From positions 27,977 through 91,976 of the IMG/VR virus record IMGVR_UViG_3300029957_000008: 64,000 nt of DNA; one strand, written 5' to 3'. Shown in pieces: positions 53,932 through 62,980 of the stretch. Origin of the DNA: a virus. The notes under the pieces were generated by a model. It was not told where the DNA came from. It did no database searches and saw only the letters and a program-made list of their open reading frames with translations. Every line of letters begins with the position of its first letter. The stretch's first letter is position 1. The position numbers and the translations under genes were made by a program.

Positions 53932-56445
53932 ATGGCACTTCAATATGTTACTCCAGATGGAACTTTAATTGTACCCGGCGCATACGCCTCGTACAAGGTT
54001 GCCCCTAACAATGCCGGTTTGGCAACTACTGGCGTCCTCATGCTCGTAGGCGAAGCCGATGCAGGTCCTTCCTACGCCGATGAAGGCAATACCCTCTACC
54101 AGAACGCCTTTGGCCCCGATCAGGAAGCTGACATTGTAGCCAAGTACTCGTCCGGCGCCCTGGTTGATGCCTACAATATGGCGGTGGCCGCCCTCAATGA
54201 CTCTAATATCCCCGGCGCATTCAGCCGAGCTATTATGGTCAAGACCAACACTGGCGTCAAGTCAAGTTCCCCCCTCACTTCTCTCTCCGCTGGCGCCTAC
54301 GGCACTCTACAGGCCAAGCTCTCTGGCAAGAACGGCAACCTGATCTCTCAGTCGGTTACCGCTGCTACCACAGAAGTTCTTCCTACTACCGGCCCAATGG
54401 TGCTGGCTTCGCCTTCGGCTTCTACTACTGTTAACTTTCGAGTCAACGGTGGTTCGGCTGTAACAGCTTCGTTTACTACCGGCATGACTCCTGCCGCAAT
54501 GGTTTCCGCGATTGACGCCCTTTCAGGCGTAGCCGCTACGGGCGGTGTCTCAAGAGGCACGGTTATCTCCACTGGTAGCGTGACACTTACTCACGACACC
54601 GGAATGGCCGCCCACATCACAGGAACCTTCCTGCTTGCCCCAACGATTGGCGACACGGTCCTTCTTCCTACGGGCTCGGCTTTCGCTGTAGCCAACGAAG
54701 GTACCTATGTTGTTACTGCGGCTACTACTAGCCGAATCGACATCTACAAGCTCATTGACGCTGCAGCCACCACGACCACAGCGCCGACTACGGAAACTGT
54801 CACCATCGGTGCTTCTACTGATATTAGCGCTTTCTCTCCCTCGGTTATCTCTCTTGAAGCCGGTAACCCCTCCGCAGGTCTTGGCAAGTCTCTAGAAATT
54901 GCTGAAACCTCCACAGGAACAGTTAGCAGCCTCTGCTACGTTGCTCTTGCGGCCAGCCTGATGAACTCTGGGGCTACACCGGCCTCTAAGGCCACTTTCG
55001 TCTCTACGACTGCCAGCCCTCAGCTGATTGTCTCTAGCTCGGAATACAAAGCCTCAATCAACCTGATTCGCCAAGTCGACAACACCAACCAGCCCATTAC
55101 GGTCGGTGGCGATGTCATCCTGTCGATGGGCTACGCAGGTACGACTGCCAGCGCGGTTGTTCTTGGCACCACAATGACAATCACCCTTACTGGCGGATCA
55201 AGTTCGTCCTTATCGCCCATCACTGTCAACCTGAGCAACTACAATACTGTTGCTGACCTTTGTCAATACCTCGGCACCTTGGGTGGCTTTACGGCCGCAC
55301 CGGCCGTGGCGTCTAAGGGCTGGGTTCCTTCCATCAACTTGGATGACGGTACCTACACCTTCGCAACTGACAAGGGCGTGAACACTGGTCGCATCAAGGC
55401 TGACGGTTACTTCGTGGCTTCTGCGGTCATCAACGGTTCTACACTAACGAACATCGTTCCTCCTGGTGTGGCTACCAAGCTTGACGGGCTTCCTGCTGTT
55501 TCGGCTGCCCAGTTCTTCACTGGCGGATCCAGGGGGGCTACCACCCAGGCCGCCATTCAAGGTGCGTTCGACGCTCTTGTGGACGTGCGAGGGAACTTCC
55601 TCGTGCCCCTGTTTAGCAACGATGCCGCCCTGGACATCAGCAACGGTGTAACGGACCCTAGCAGCTCCTACTCGATTGCTTCAACCATTAGCGCGGCTCG
55701 TGCCCACGTTCTACAGTGTTCTACACTGAAGCGGGGCAAACCGCGCCAAGCGTTCCTTTCAGTTTGGGATACGTTCTTGAATGATAAGAACACTGCCAGC
55801 AACGTCAATAGCGCTCGCTGCGTAGTCTTTTTCCAGGGGGTTAAGGACACTGACGCCAACGGCAATTTGAGGTCCTTTAGCCCCTGGGGAATGGCGGTGA
55901 AGGCCGCTGCAGGACAGGCTGCTGGTGGATACCGAGACATGACTGGCAAATTTATTAGCATCAGCGGAGTCATCGATCCCGTTGGTTACAACAACCAGTC
56001 CTTAAGCAATCGTGAAGATGCTCTATTGGCGGGGCTGTGCCCCGTGATCCATGAGGAAGACGGCGGGTACACGTTCGTAAGTGACCAGACGACATATACT
56101 CAAGATTCAAACTTCCTTCTTAATTCCTTCCAAGGGATCTATGGGGCCGATGTCGTTGCGATGACGGCTCAGAAGAGAATGAATTCCGCCTTCAAGGGCG
56201 CTTCTCTTGCTGACGTTTCTGCATCTACGGGTGTTTGGACTCTAGGAAACATTCTAGACGATTTGAAGGCTGCGAAGTATTTGGCTCCCGATGATACTAC
56301 ACCGAAGGGTTACAAGAATCTTGTGGTGAAGATAGTCCAGGGGAATACGATGGTGTGTTCGGCTGAAATCAAGGTGGCTACGGGCATTAAATTTATCGCG
56401 GTCTCCTTTTTGGTAACCGCGATCCAACAATCGGCCCAAGGGTAA
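53932..56445 (+). CDS. contractile tail sheath protein
   Basis: IVPGAY, MLVGEADAGP, AHVLQCS and LLAGLCPV...SDQTTY; 837 aa. Confidence 0.9.
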   Translation: MALQYVTPDGTLIVPGAYASYKVAPNNAGLATTGVLMLVGEADAGPSYADEGNTLYQNAFGPDQEADIVAKYSSGALVDAYNMAVAALNDSNIPGAFSRAIMVKTNTGVKSSSPLTSLSAGAYGTLQAKLSGKNGNLISQSVTAATTEVLPTTGPMVLASPSASTTVNFRVNGGSAVTASFTTGMTPAAMVSAIDALSGVAATGGVSRGTVISTGSVTLTHDTGMAAHITGTFLLAPTIGDTVLLPTGSAFAVANEGTYVVTAATTSRIDIYKLIDAAATTTTAPTTETVTIGASTDISAFSPSVISLEAGNPSAGLGKSLEIAETSTGTVSSLCYVALAASLMNSGATPASKATFVSTTASPQLIVSSSEYKASINLIRQVDNTNQPITVGGDVILSMGYAGTTASAVVLGTTMTITLTGGSSSSLSPITVNLSNYNTVADLCQYLGTLGGFTAAPAVASKGWVPSINLDDGTYTFATDKGVNTGRIKADGYFVASAVINGSTLTNIVPPGVATKLDGLPAVSAAQFFTGGSRGATTQAAIQGAFDALVDVRGNFLVPLFSNDAALDISNGVTDPSSSYSIASTISAARAHVLQCSTLKRGKPRQAFLSVWDTFLNDKNTASNVNSARCVVFFQGVKDTDANGNLRSFSPWGMAVKAAAGQAAGGYRDMTGKFISISGVIDPVGYNNQSLSNREDALLAGLCPVIHEEDGGYTFVSDQTTYTQDSNFLLNSFQGIYGADVVAMTAQKRMNSAFKGASLADVSASTGVWTLGNILDDLKAAKYLAPDDTTPKGYKNLVVKIVQGNTMVCSAEIKVATGIKFIAVSFLVTAIQQSAQG

Positions 56446-56457
56446 TAGGAGAATACG

Positions 56458-56937
56458 ATGGCAACTGGAATTATGAATGGTGCCCGAGCCAAAGTTGGTT
56501 TCTGGGACAGTACGACTTCAAGCATTCGTTTTATTGGCATATATTCGTCAATTAGCTATAACTACAGTTTAGACCAGCAGGGAGCGTTCATACTCGGCCG
56601 CTATTCGGCCGCAAGTATTGATACTGTTGCGGCCGACTTGGTCCACATTTCAGCGTCCGGGTTCCGTGTCGTTAACCACGGCCCGATGGTTGAAGGGCAC
56701 TTTCCAAGACTTGATCAATTAGCGAAAGCTGGCTATCTAAGCCTAGCGGTCATGGATCGTCAAAGCGATACCATCGTTGCCAATATTACCAATGTCCGCC
56801 CGATGAGTTACTCCTCAGGGTTCACCATGAGAACCTTGTCGACCGTGGATATGACCTATGTAGGTATTTTGGTAAGTGACGAGTCAGCTCCTGATAATGA
56901 CGAAGACGCAACCGCAATGCGGCTACCCCAAGACTAA
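56458..56937 (+). CDS. tail tube protein
   Basis: Directly after the sheath; MNGARAKV and ILGRYS; 159 aa. Confidence 0.85.
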   Translation: MATGIMNGARAKVGFWDSTTSSIRFIGIYSSISYNYSLDQQGAFILGRYSAASIDTVAADLVHISASGFRVVNHGPMVEGHFPRLDQLAKAGYLSLAVMDRQSDTIVANITNVRPMSYSSGFTMRTLSTVDMTYVGILVSDESAPDNDEDATAMRLPQD

Positions 56938-56957
56938 TACGGGCTGAACACAATCTT

Positions 56958-56991
56958 AAAAGCGAGACTCTTGATTGGGTCTCGCTTTTTT
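56958..56991 (+). terminator. rho-independent terminator (possibly bidirectional)
   Basis: AAAAGCGAGAC...GTCTCGCTTTTTT. Confidence 0.85.
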
Positions 56992-57003
56992 ATTGGAGTA
57001 ATT

Positions 57004-58137
57004 GTGGAACGGTGCAAAGTCTGCTTTCGGTGTAAGAAAACAAAAAATCTAAGTGCGTTTCCCAAGCGTTTAGAAGGAAGTAGCGATGGCCATCGTGGAA
57101 TTTGTTTTGAGTGTGAGGGCGAACGAAAGACACTAATTTCGGAAGTGTTGGTTAAGCAGGAGACGTCTTCTGAAACAAAGGTTTGTGATAGATGTAATAC
57201 CGAGAAGCTTCTTAGAGATTTCTGTAAGGGCTCTAGATCGAAAGATGGCCGAAGAGGATATTGTAATGAGTGTCGGAATAAGAAGACACCGACTGTTAAA
57301 AGGCCAAGTAAAATAGTCGATCTTGAAGACGGAACCAGAATTTGCAACAAATGCCACATTGCTAAGCCTCTTCTTACTGCATTCAGAAGTTCTCCTTCGT
57401 CAAAGCTTGGAAAAGAGGGACAGTGCCGAGACTGTGTTCAAAAGGCAATGAAAATACATATTGCCAACAAAATGGTCCTTAAAACCGAAGGAACAAAGGT
57501 CTGTTTTAGTTGCAAGAAAGAAAAAGACGTCAACGATTTTGGTAAGTGCAAGACATTTCTTGATGGAAGACAGGTGTATTGCTTAGAGTGCACAAGAAAG
57601 AAGGAGAATGAGTGGAGGACTTCACATCCTGAAGAAATAAAGGCTATTTCTAAAAGGAAGCATCAAAGAAACAAAACGAATGTTCAGGCTAAAATCAAGA
57701 ATTGTCTTAGGCAGGCCGTAAGAAGAAGGATACGGCAGATTCGAGGAGATGATGATAAGGCCGGTTCTGGAGTAGAAGATAAGGCCGGTTCTGGAGTAGA
57801 AGATCTTGGGTGTTCACTAGAATTTTTTCAAACCTATATCGAAAGTCTTTGGCAGCCGGGTATGACCTGGGCTAATTGGTCCCGCTGGGGGTGGCACGTT
57901 GACCACATTCAGCCTGTATCTTCTTTTGATCTTACTATTCGGGAGGACCTTTTGATGGCTTGCCACTACACCAATTTGCGTCCTCTGTGGTGGAATGACA
58001 ACGTCTCAAAGGGATGTAAGCCTCCTGAGGAGTTCACAACCCCCCTCTCTTCTGGCCCAGCACTTCGTCCGGCCGAGCGTCAGCTAGACATTATCCCCGA
58101 CGATCCTCTCCCCGAGCCCCTTCCCGACAATCTTTAA
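57004..58137 (+). CDS. HNH-type homing endonuclease with four Zn fingers
   Basis: Four CxxC...CxxC units; MTWANW...WHVDHIQPVS...CHYTNLRPLW; paralogue of 17637-18383. Confidence 0.8.
   Translation: MERCKVCFRCKKTKNLSAFPKRLEGSSDGHRGICFECEGERKTLISEVLVKQETSSETKVCDRCNTEKLLRDFCKGSRSKDGRRGYCNECRNKKTPTVKRPSKIVDLEDGTRICNKCHIAKPLLTAFRSSPSSKLGKEGQCRDCVQKAMKIHIANKMVLKTEGTKVCFSCKKEKDVNDFGKCKTFLDGRQVYCLECTRKKENEWRTSHPEEIKAISKRKHQRNKTNVQAKIKNCLRQAVRRRIRQIRGDDDKAGSGVEDKAGSGVEDLGCSLEFFQTYIESLWQPGMTWANWSRWGWHVDHIQPVSSFDLTIREDLLMACHYTNLRPLWWNDNVSKGCKPPEEFTTPLSSGPALRPAERQLDIIPDDPLPEPLPDNL
57754..57804. repeat. 24-bp perfect tandem duplication
   Basis: GATAAGGCCGGTTCTGGAGTAGAA x2, encoding DKAGSGVE x2. Confidence 0.9.
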
Positions 58138-58144
58138 GCTGAGC

Positions 58145-61100
58145 ATGTCCCCCAACACCGGCAATCTAGGTCTAGATCTAAGGGGCGCGCTACCGAGGGC
58201 TTCGGTAATAGCCCTTACAGACCGTCCCGGCAATCGCAAGCCCATCAGGGAACTAATTGAAAATCTTTACCTTAAGGTAGAGGACGGCGAGATTGTATGT
58301 AGGCCCGTAGGTCCTGGCGGCCCCGGCTCCGGCCTGACCCCAAGCTTCCTAGTGCCCCCTCCTGACAGTCTTCTGGGATCTATAGGCACTGACGAAACGA
58401 AGTACGCTCAAGAAGGCCACTCCCACCTCCTAAACATCTCCCCCACAGCTCTTCCTCTCCCCAACGGCGTAGCCTCTATTGGCAACGGGTATACATATGC
58501 CGACATATACCACACGCACCCTATTGAACCTGTCACTGTCACAGGTTCCTATTTGTACCCCGCTTTAGTAATCGATCCCAAGGTCCGCCAGTCCTGCAAG
58601 GGGATGGTGCCCAACGGTTCTGGCGTTGGTTTTGGGATGAGTTGGGGGCCTATTGGCGGGGGGATGTGGCAACATTCGGCTGCTGGCCAGCTTCCCATTC
58701 AAACTGCTGGGACTGATGTTACCGAGTTCAAAGCCCAAGATGGCGACAGGCTGTTTGCTTATAGTCCTGCCTATTCCGATTCTGAGCGTCAGTACTACGG
58801 CATCTACGAAGTCCTTGACTGTGGCTTTCACATGGTGCCGACTCCAGGGCATCCCGAAACCCTTATGGGGGTTTCGACTCAAGCAGTAATCCGTCGTGCT
58901 TTAGATTGTAACACTCCTGAGACTTTATGTCATGGAATGGTCGTCCAAATTGAAGGCCCGGTAGGGGTCCAACACAATGGCGACTACTTCACCCTAAGCA
59001 CAGCCGACCCTATAGCGGTCGATACGACCGATCTTACTTTTTCTATTATAACCAGCTATACAGCTGCACGAGATTACCCGCTACTTACTCAAGCTCAGCT
59101 TACCACTACTGACAACCTGTCTCCAACGACTCAGATTGAGACAGCAAGTGCTACCAATACGACAGCTTACCTGCAGTCTTTTGAGACTACCGTAGGAATC
59201 CCTGGAGTCACCCTATTCCCTGCTGGAACTGTTACCTTTACCTTTGAAGGGGCTTGGGTTGATGTTAACTTAGACGGCCTTACGTTCCTGGGGTGTGAGC
59301 TGTGGGTTGATTCGGGTACAACCCTATCCTCTCTCGGCCAACCAACGCTCCAATGGCGTGCTCTGGCCGCAGCACCTAATGGCGACATGTATGCCGCCGT
59401 CAACGGCGGAGACCTATACAAGCAAACAGGTGGAGTAGGCAATTTCGTAGCTTTAGGCCAAACGCCCCGAAACTGGACGGGATTGGCCGTATCGGCCACA
59501 GGCGTCCTATACGGGGCGGTAGCTGGTGGGGATATCTACAAGACTGAAAGCACGACTGCCTTAAATCAGTCGATGTTCCAGTGGTCCGCTTTAGCTGCAG
59601 CACCTAATGGAGATATGTATGCCGCCGTTAACGGCGGTGATGTATATAAGCAAACAGCTGGAGTTGGCAATTTCGTAGCTTTGGGCCAAACGCCTCGACC
59701 CTGGACGGGATTGGCGGTTTCCGCCACAGGCGTCCTATACGGGGCGGTAGCTGGTGGAGATATCTACTATATGGTTGCTGGGACGCTTGTTGCCCTCAGT
59801 CAGCCATCTTTACAGTGGTCGGCTTTAGCTGCAGCTCCTAATGGCGACATGTATGCCGCCGTTGACGGCGGTGATGTTTATCTTCAGGCAGGTGGTAGTG
59901 GAAGTTTCGTAGCCCAGGGGCAGACATCTCGAAGTTGGACGGGATTGGCCGTATCGGCCACAGGCGTCCTTTACTCTGGTGTTGCGGGTGGGACGGTCTA
60001 CCATGGTGGTGGCTCTCTTATTTGTACTGGGGAATCTCAGCCACTAAACGCTATAGAGAAACAAGTTGTCTTTCAGTCTATTGTAGGGACTCCTATAGCT
60101 ATTCCGGTTACGGCAAGGTTAATAGCTAAGCCATATATTCGGACGACGTCCACATTCAACGTAACTTTGAGTGTACGGTATGGGACTCCTTACATTACGA
60201 AGATCGAAGTTCCTTTCTCGATTTCTTCTGGAACAACTATTGACCACAGGAAGCTTACCTTTAGGGATGCTCCCAATCAGCACCCGGCTACTTCGGTATC
60301 TACGGATGTCACGAATTTTAACCACAATTTAAGTGCTGCGGATTCGACTGTCCAGAAGGCTTTAGATACTCTTGACAACCTAATAATACCGCCACCGGCT
60401 ACGGTTCCTACGGCCAGCACGGCCATTCCTTTGGCGGATGCACTTGTTGGCTCTGCAGGATCTAATCCTTACAAGTTCACACAAGAGGGACATATTCACC
60501 CTCTTAATCCGGCACCACCACCACCGTCCTTGGCGTCTTCGACTCTTTACACGGCCAAAGTGGGAGGTACGCTGTTCAAGGGTGACGTATACTGTCCATT
60601 TAAGGGTTCGGAACTTCTTTACCCCTGCTATATTCCCGACCCGACGGTAGCGCTGGTTCAGGCGGACTTCGTGTACCAAGGGGGTTCCGGGTGTCTTTCG
60701 TATTTCTTTCCAGGCTGGAACGAACTGTCTCCGGGTGTGTGGCAAGACAGCGGCGACGCGTACCATTCTTACGGTATATTCGCGAGTCAGTGCGATGGGC
60801 ACGCCCCGGTCGACGGTGAGTTCTTCATTGCGTACACTTTCGATCCGGCACCTGGCGAGATTCCAAAGCAGCAGATTTACCAGGTGGTAGACTGTGGATA
60901 CCACATAGTCGGCGGCTCGACTATTGAGACGAAGGTCACGGTTCAGCGCGCGACCGACTATCAGACGGGAGCCGCGTACGTCGCTAATCTGCATCTCTAC
61001 GTCCGCAACGGCCTTCTGTACGCAGGGAAATGGTTCCACCTGCTGACGTCGCAGCCGATCACGCTGGACACCACGGACATGTACTGGGAGGTTCTATCGA

Positions 61101-62980
61101 GCTACACCCAGATTCCCGCGAAGGAAGAGATCCTGTCGTCCGCGCAGATGGTCGCCGAGGGAGCTTCCAACCGCCTGACTATTGCTCAGCAAGTAGCAAA
61201 CTCAAGTGCCGAGCCAGGCGGGATCCAGATGGGGCCAACGTTCACGAGCCAGCCGCTGGGTGTGACGTCGATTCCTGCGGGTCAATTCACCGCGTGGCTT
61301 CTTCTGCGAAACAATATAGCGGCGACGTCATTCGTCGAGGTCCGATGGTGGATCAAGCACAGCGGCGGTTCGACCGATGCACCGTTTTTGTCGATGACTT
61401 CTGCGGCCATCATCGAGACTTACGATGACATCTACGAAATTCACGGTACACTTGCAACGCCTGTGACAACGGTCTCAACGGACGTTGTCCAAATGGCTGT
61501 CTTCACGCACTCGCCGGTCGATATTAGAGCGGGGCTCCAGGTTACCTGGACATTCCAGGAGCCTTCGCGCTTCTCCCGCTTTCGGGGCACCTGGCAGCCT
61601 GACGGCGTTATTGCTCTCTTCGCTGGCTGGACGGAAATTTCTCCTGGGATCATGCAGAGAAATACCACAGGTCCGCTGTCTTTGGTCCAGTTAGATGGCG
61701 TTCCCGTAAATGAGGACAACCCGACGGGTGTCTCTCGGATGATTGGGCAGACAGTCTTTGCTTACGATGTGTTTATCGACGACGCTAGCAAAAAGCTGAC
61801 AGGACCATGGATCATTGACGACGTTGGCGGCCACATTGAGAACTATGGCACGCCCGATCAAATCTTCGTTCAGACGCACGCCCGCATGCACCGAGTGCCG
61901 GACTATTCGTACTCGGCAGCCTTCGTCCACGGGATGATGTTTCAGTGCGACAACGGCGACACGTACGGAGGTGGATATTTCACTCTTAACAGTTCGTCCG
62001 TGGTTCTAGGAACGACGGCAATGGATTGGTCGTGGACCGCAGGCGCAGCTCCCACAACTGACGATAAATACGAAGCACTCACTGGCCCGCAGCTCACGAG
62101 TGAAGGTGCGCTGACGACAGTTCTTGAGCAGTCTGTAACCACAGCCAGCAGTGGCGGTGGGGCATTTGCTGAGGCCCCGTTTCCTCACGCCTTCGTTACG
62201 CTTGCGGGAACGCCTGGAGTTGCATCGCTTGCGGCCGGGCCTTATACATTCGACGTTGAAGCTGTGCGCGTATTTGGCTCGCCAGATCTTGGGTCGCTGA
62301 CGTTTCTCCGCGTGCGAATCCAAGACGTCGACAACGGTAGCGCTGAAATCCTAGTAGCTGACTCCGATCCTCCGCCCGCCGGGGGGGGCTACGCTCCACT
62401 CCACTTCGTCAAAGAGTTAGCTACCGCGTATGGCTTCGCTCCAGATCGGAGATTTCTGGTCCAATATTATCTGCGCACCAACAGCACCGGGCCGGTCACT
62501 ATGACCATGCGCTACAACAGCGCCACTAGAGGCACAAAGCTAACCGTTCCTTTTGTAATTCCCGTCTCTGGAGCATCTGACGGCGTTCACGATCACTTAT
62601 CTGGAAGAAACACTGTCAACAATCACTACGGTGTAGGAACTTGTACTACAGTCAGTGGTGTTATTCCTACTCCTACTCAAAAGAATATGGTCGTTACCGT
62701 TTCCGGAACAACAACCTTGACTGAGATGGGTACTACAGGGCTTGAGGATGGGGTTGATGTGGATCTAGTGTTCCTTCAAGCTTGCAAAATTCTTAATCAC
62801 GCTACGCCCGCAACGGGGAACGCCTGCTTTATCTTTGATACTATGGTTGATGGAACGCCTAATGACATTGATTGGACGCTGCCGACTCCACGTTCTAATG
62901 GTCGTTTTGGGGTCAAGTTCTACAAGACGGCACTGCCACAATCTCCTTGTTTTCTGCTTATGAAAGGACCGATTATCTAA
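58145..62980 (+). CDS. modular tail fibre/receptor-binding protein
   Basis: 1611 aa; EGHxH motifs, three large internal repeats and a beta-propeller-like insert. Confidence 0.75.
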   Translation: MSPNTGNLGLDLRGALPRASVIALTDRPGNRKPIRELIENLYLKVEDGEIVCRPVGPGGPGSGLTPSFLVPPPDSLLGSIGTDETKYAQEGHSHLLNISPTALPLPNGVASIGNGYTYADIYHTHPIEPVTVTGSYLYPALVIDPKVRQSCKGMVPNGSGVGFGMSWGPIGGGMWQHSAAGQLPIQTAGTDVTEFKAQDGDRLFAYSPAYSDSERQYYGIYEVLDCGFHMVPTPGHPETLMGVSTQAVIRRALDCNTPETLCHGMVVQIEGPVGVQHNGDYFTLSTADPIAVDTTDLTFSIITSYTAARDYPLLTQAQLTTTDNLSPTTQIETASATNTTAYLQSFETTVGIPGVTLFPAGTVTFTFEGAWVDVNLDGLTFLGCELWVDSGTTLSSLGQPTLQWRALAAAPNGDMYAAVNGGDLYKQTGGVGNFVALGQTPRNWTGLAVSATGVLYGAVAGGDIYKTESTTALNQSMFQWSALAAAPNGDMYAAVNGGDVYKQTAGVGNFVALGQTPRPWTGLAVSATGVLYGAVAGGDIYYMVAGTLVALSQPSLQWSALAAAPNGDMYAAVDGGDVYLQAGGSGSFVAQGQTSRSWTGLAVSATGVLYSGVAGGTVYHGGGSLICTGESQPLNAIEKQVVFQSIVGTPIAIPVTARLIAKPYIRTTSTFNVTLSVRYGTPYITKIEVPFSISSGTTIDHRKLTFRDAPNQHPATSVSTDVTNFNHNLSAADSTVQKALDTLDNLIIPPPATVPTASTAIPLADALVGSAGSNPYKFTQEGHIHPLNPAPPPPSLASSTLYTAKVGGTLFKGDVYCPFKGSELLYPCYIPDPTVALVQADFVYQGGSGCLSYFFPGWNELSPGVWQDSGDAYHSYGIFASQCDGHAPVDGEFFIAYTFDPAPGEIPKQQIYQVVDCGYHIVGGSTIETKVTVQRATDYQTGAAYVANLHLYVRNGLLYAGKWFHLLTSQPITLDTTDMYWEVLSSYTQIPAKEEILSSAQMVAEGASNRLTIAQQVANSSAEPGGIQMGPTFTSQPLGVTSIPAGQFTAWLLLRNNIAATSFVEVRWWIKHSGGSTDAPFLSMTSAAIIETYDDIYEIHGTLATPVTTVSTDVVQMAVFTHSPVDIRAGLQVTWTFQEPSRFSRFRGTWQPDGVIALFAGWTEISPGIMQRNTTGPLSLVQLDGVPVNEDNPTGVSRMIGQTVFAYDVFIDDASKKLTGPWIIDDVGGHIENYGTPDQIFVQTHARMHRVPDYSYSAAFVHGMMFQCDNGDTYGGGYFTLNSSSVVLGTTAMDWSWTAGAAPTTDDKYEALTGPQLTSEGALTTVLEQSVTTASSGGGAFAEAPFPHAFVTLAGTPGVASLAAGPYTFDVEAVRVFGSPDLGSLTFLRVRIQDVDNGSAEILVADSDPPPAGGGYAPLHFVKELATAYGFAPDRRFLVQYYLRTNSTGPVTMTMRYNSATRGTKLTVPFVIPVSGASDGVHDHLSGRNTVNNHYGVGTCTTVSGVIPTPTQKNMVVTVSGTTTLTEMGTTGLEDGVDVDLVFLQACKILNHATPATGNACFIFDTMVDGTPNDIDWTLPTPRSNGRFGVKFYKTALPQSPCFLLMKGPII
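59350..60005 (+). repeat. three ~75-80-aa near-identical repeats (six propeller-like blades)
   Basis: W[RS]ALAAAPNGDMYAAV[ND]GGD...WTGLAVSATGVLY x3. Confidence 0.85.

Noticed and set aside
56951-56958. CAATCTTA after the tail tube gene as a late promoter
   Set aside because: It runs straight into a terminator hairpin, so productive transcription is doubtful; not counted among the supported sites.
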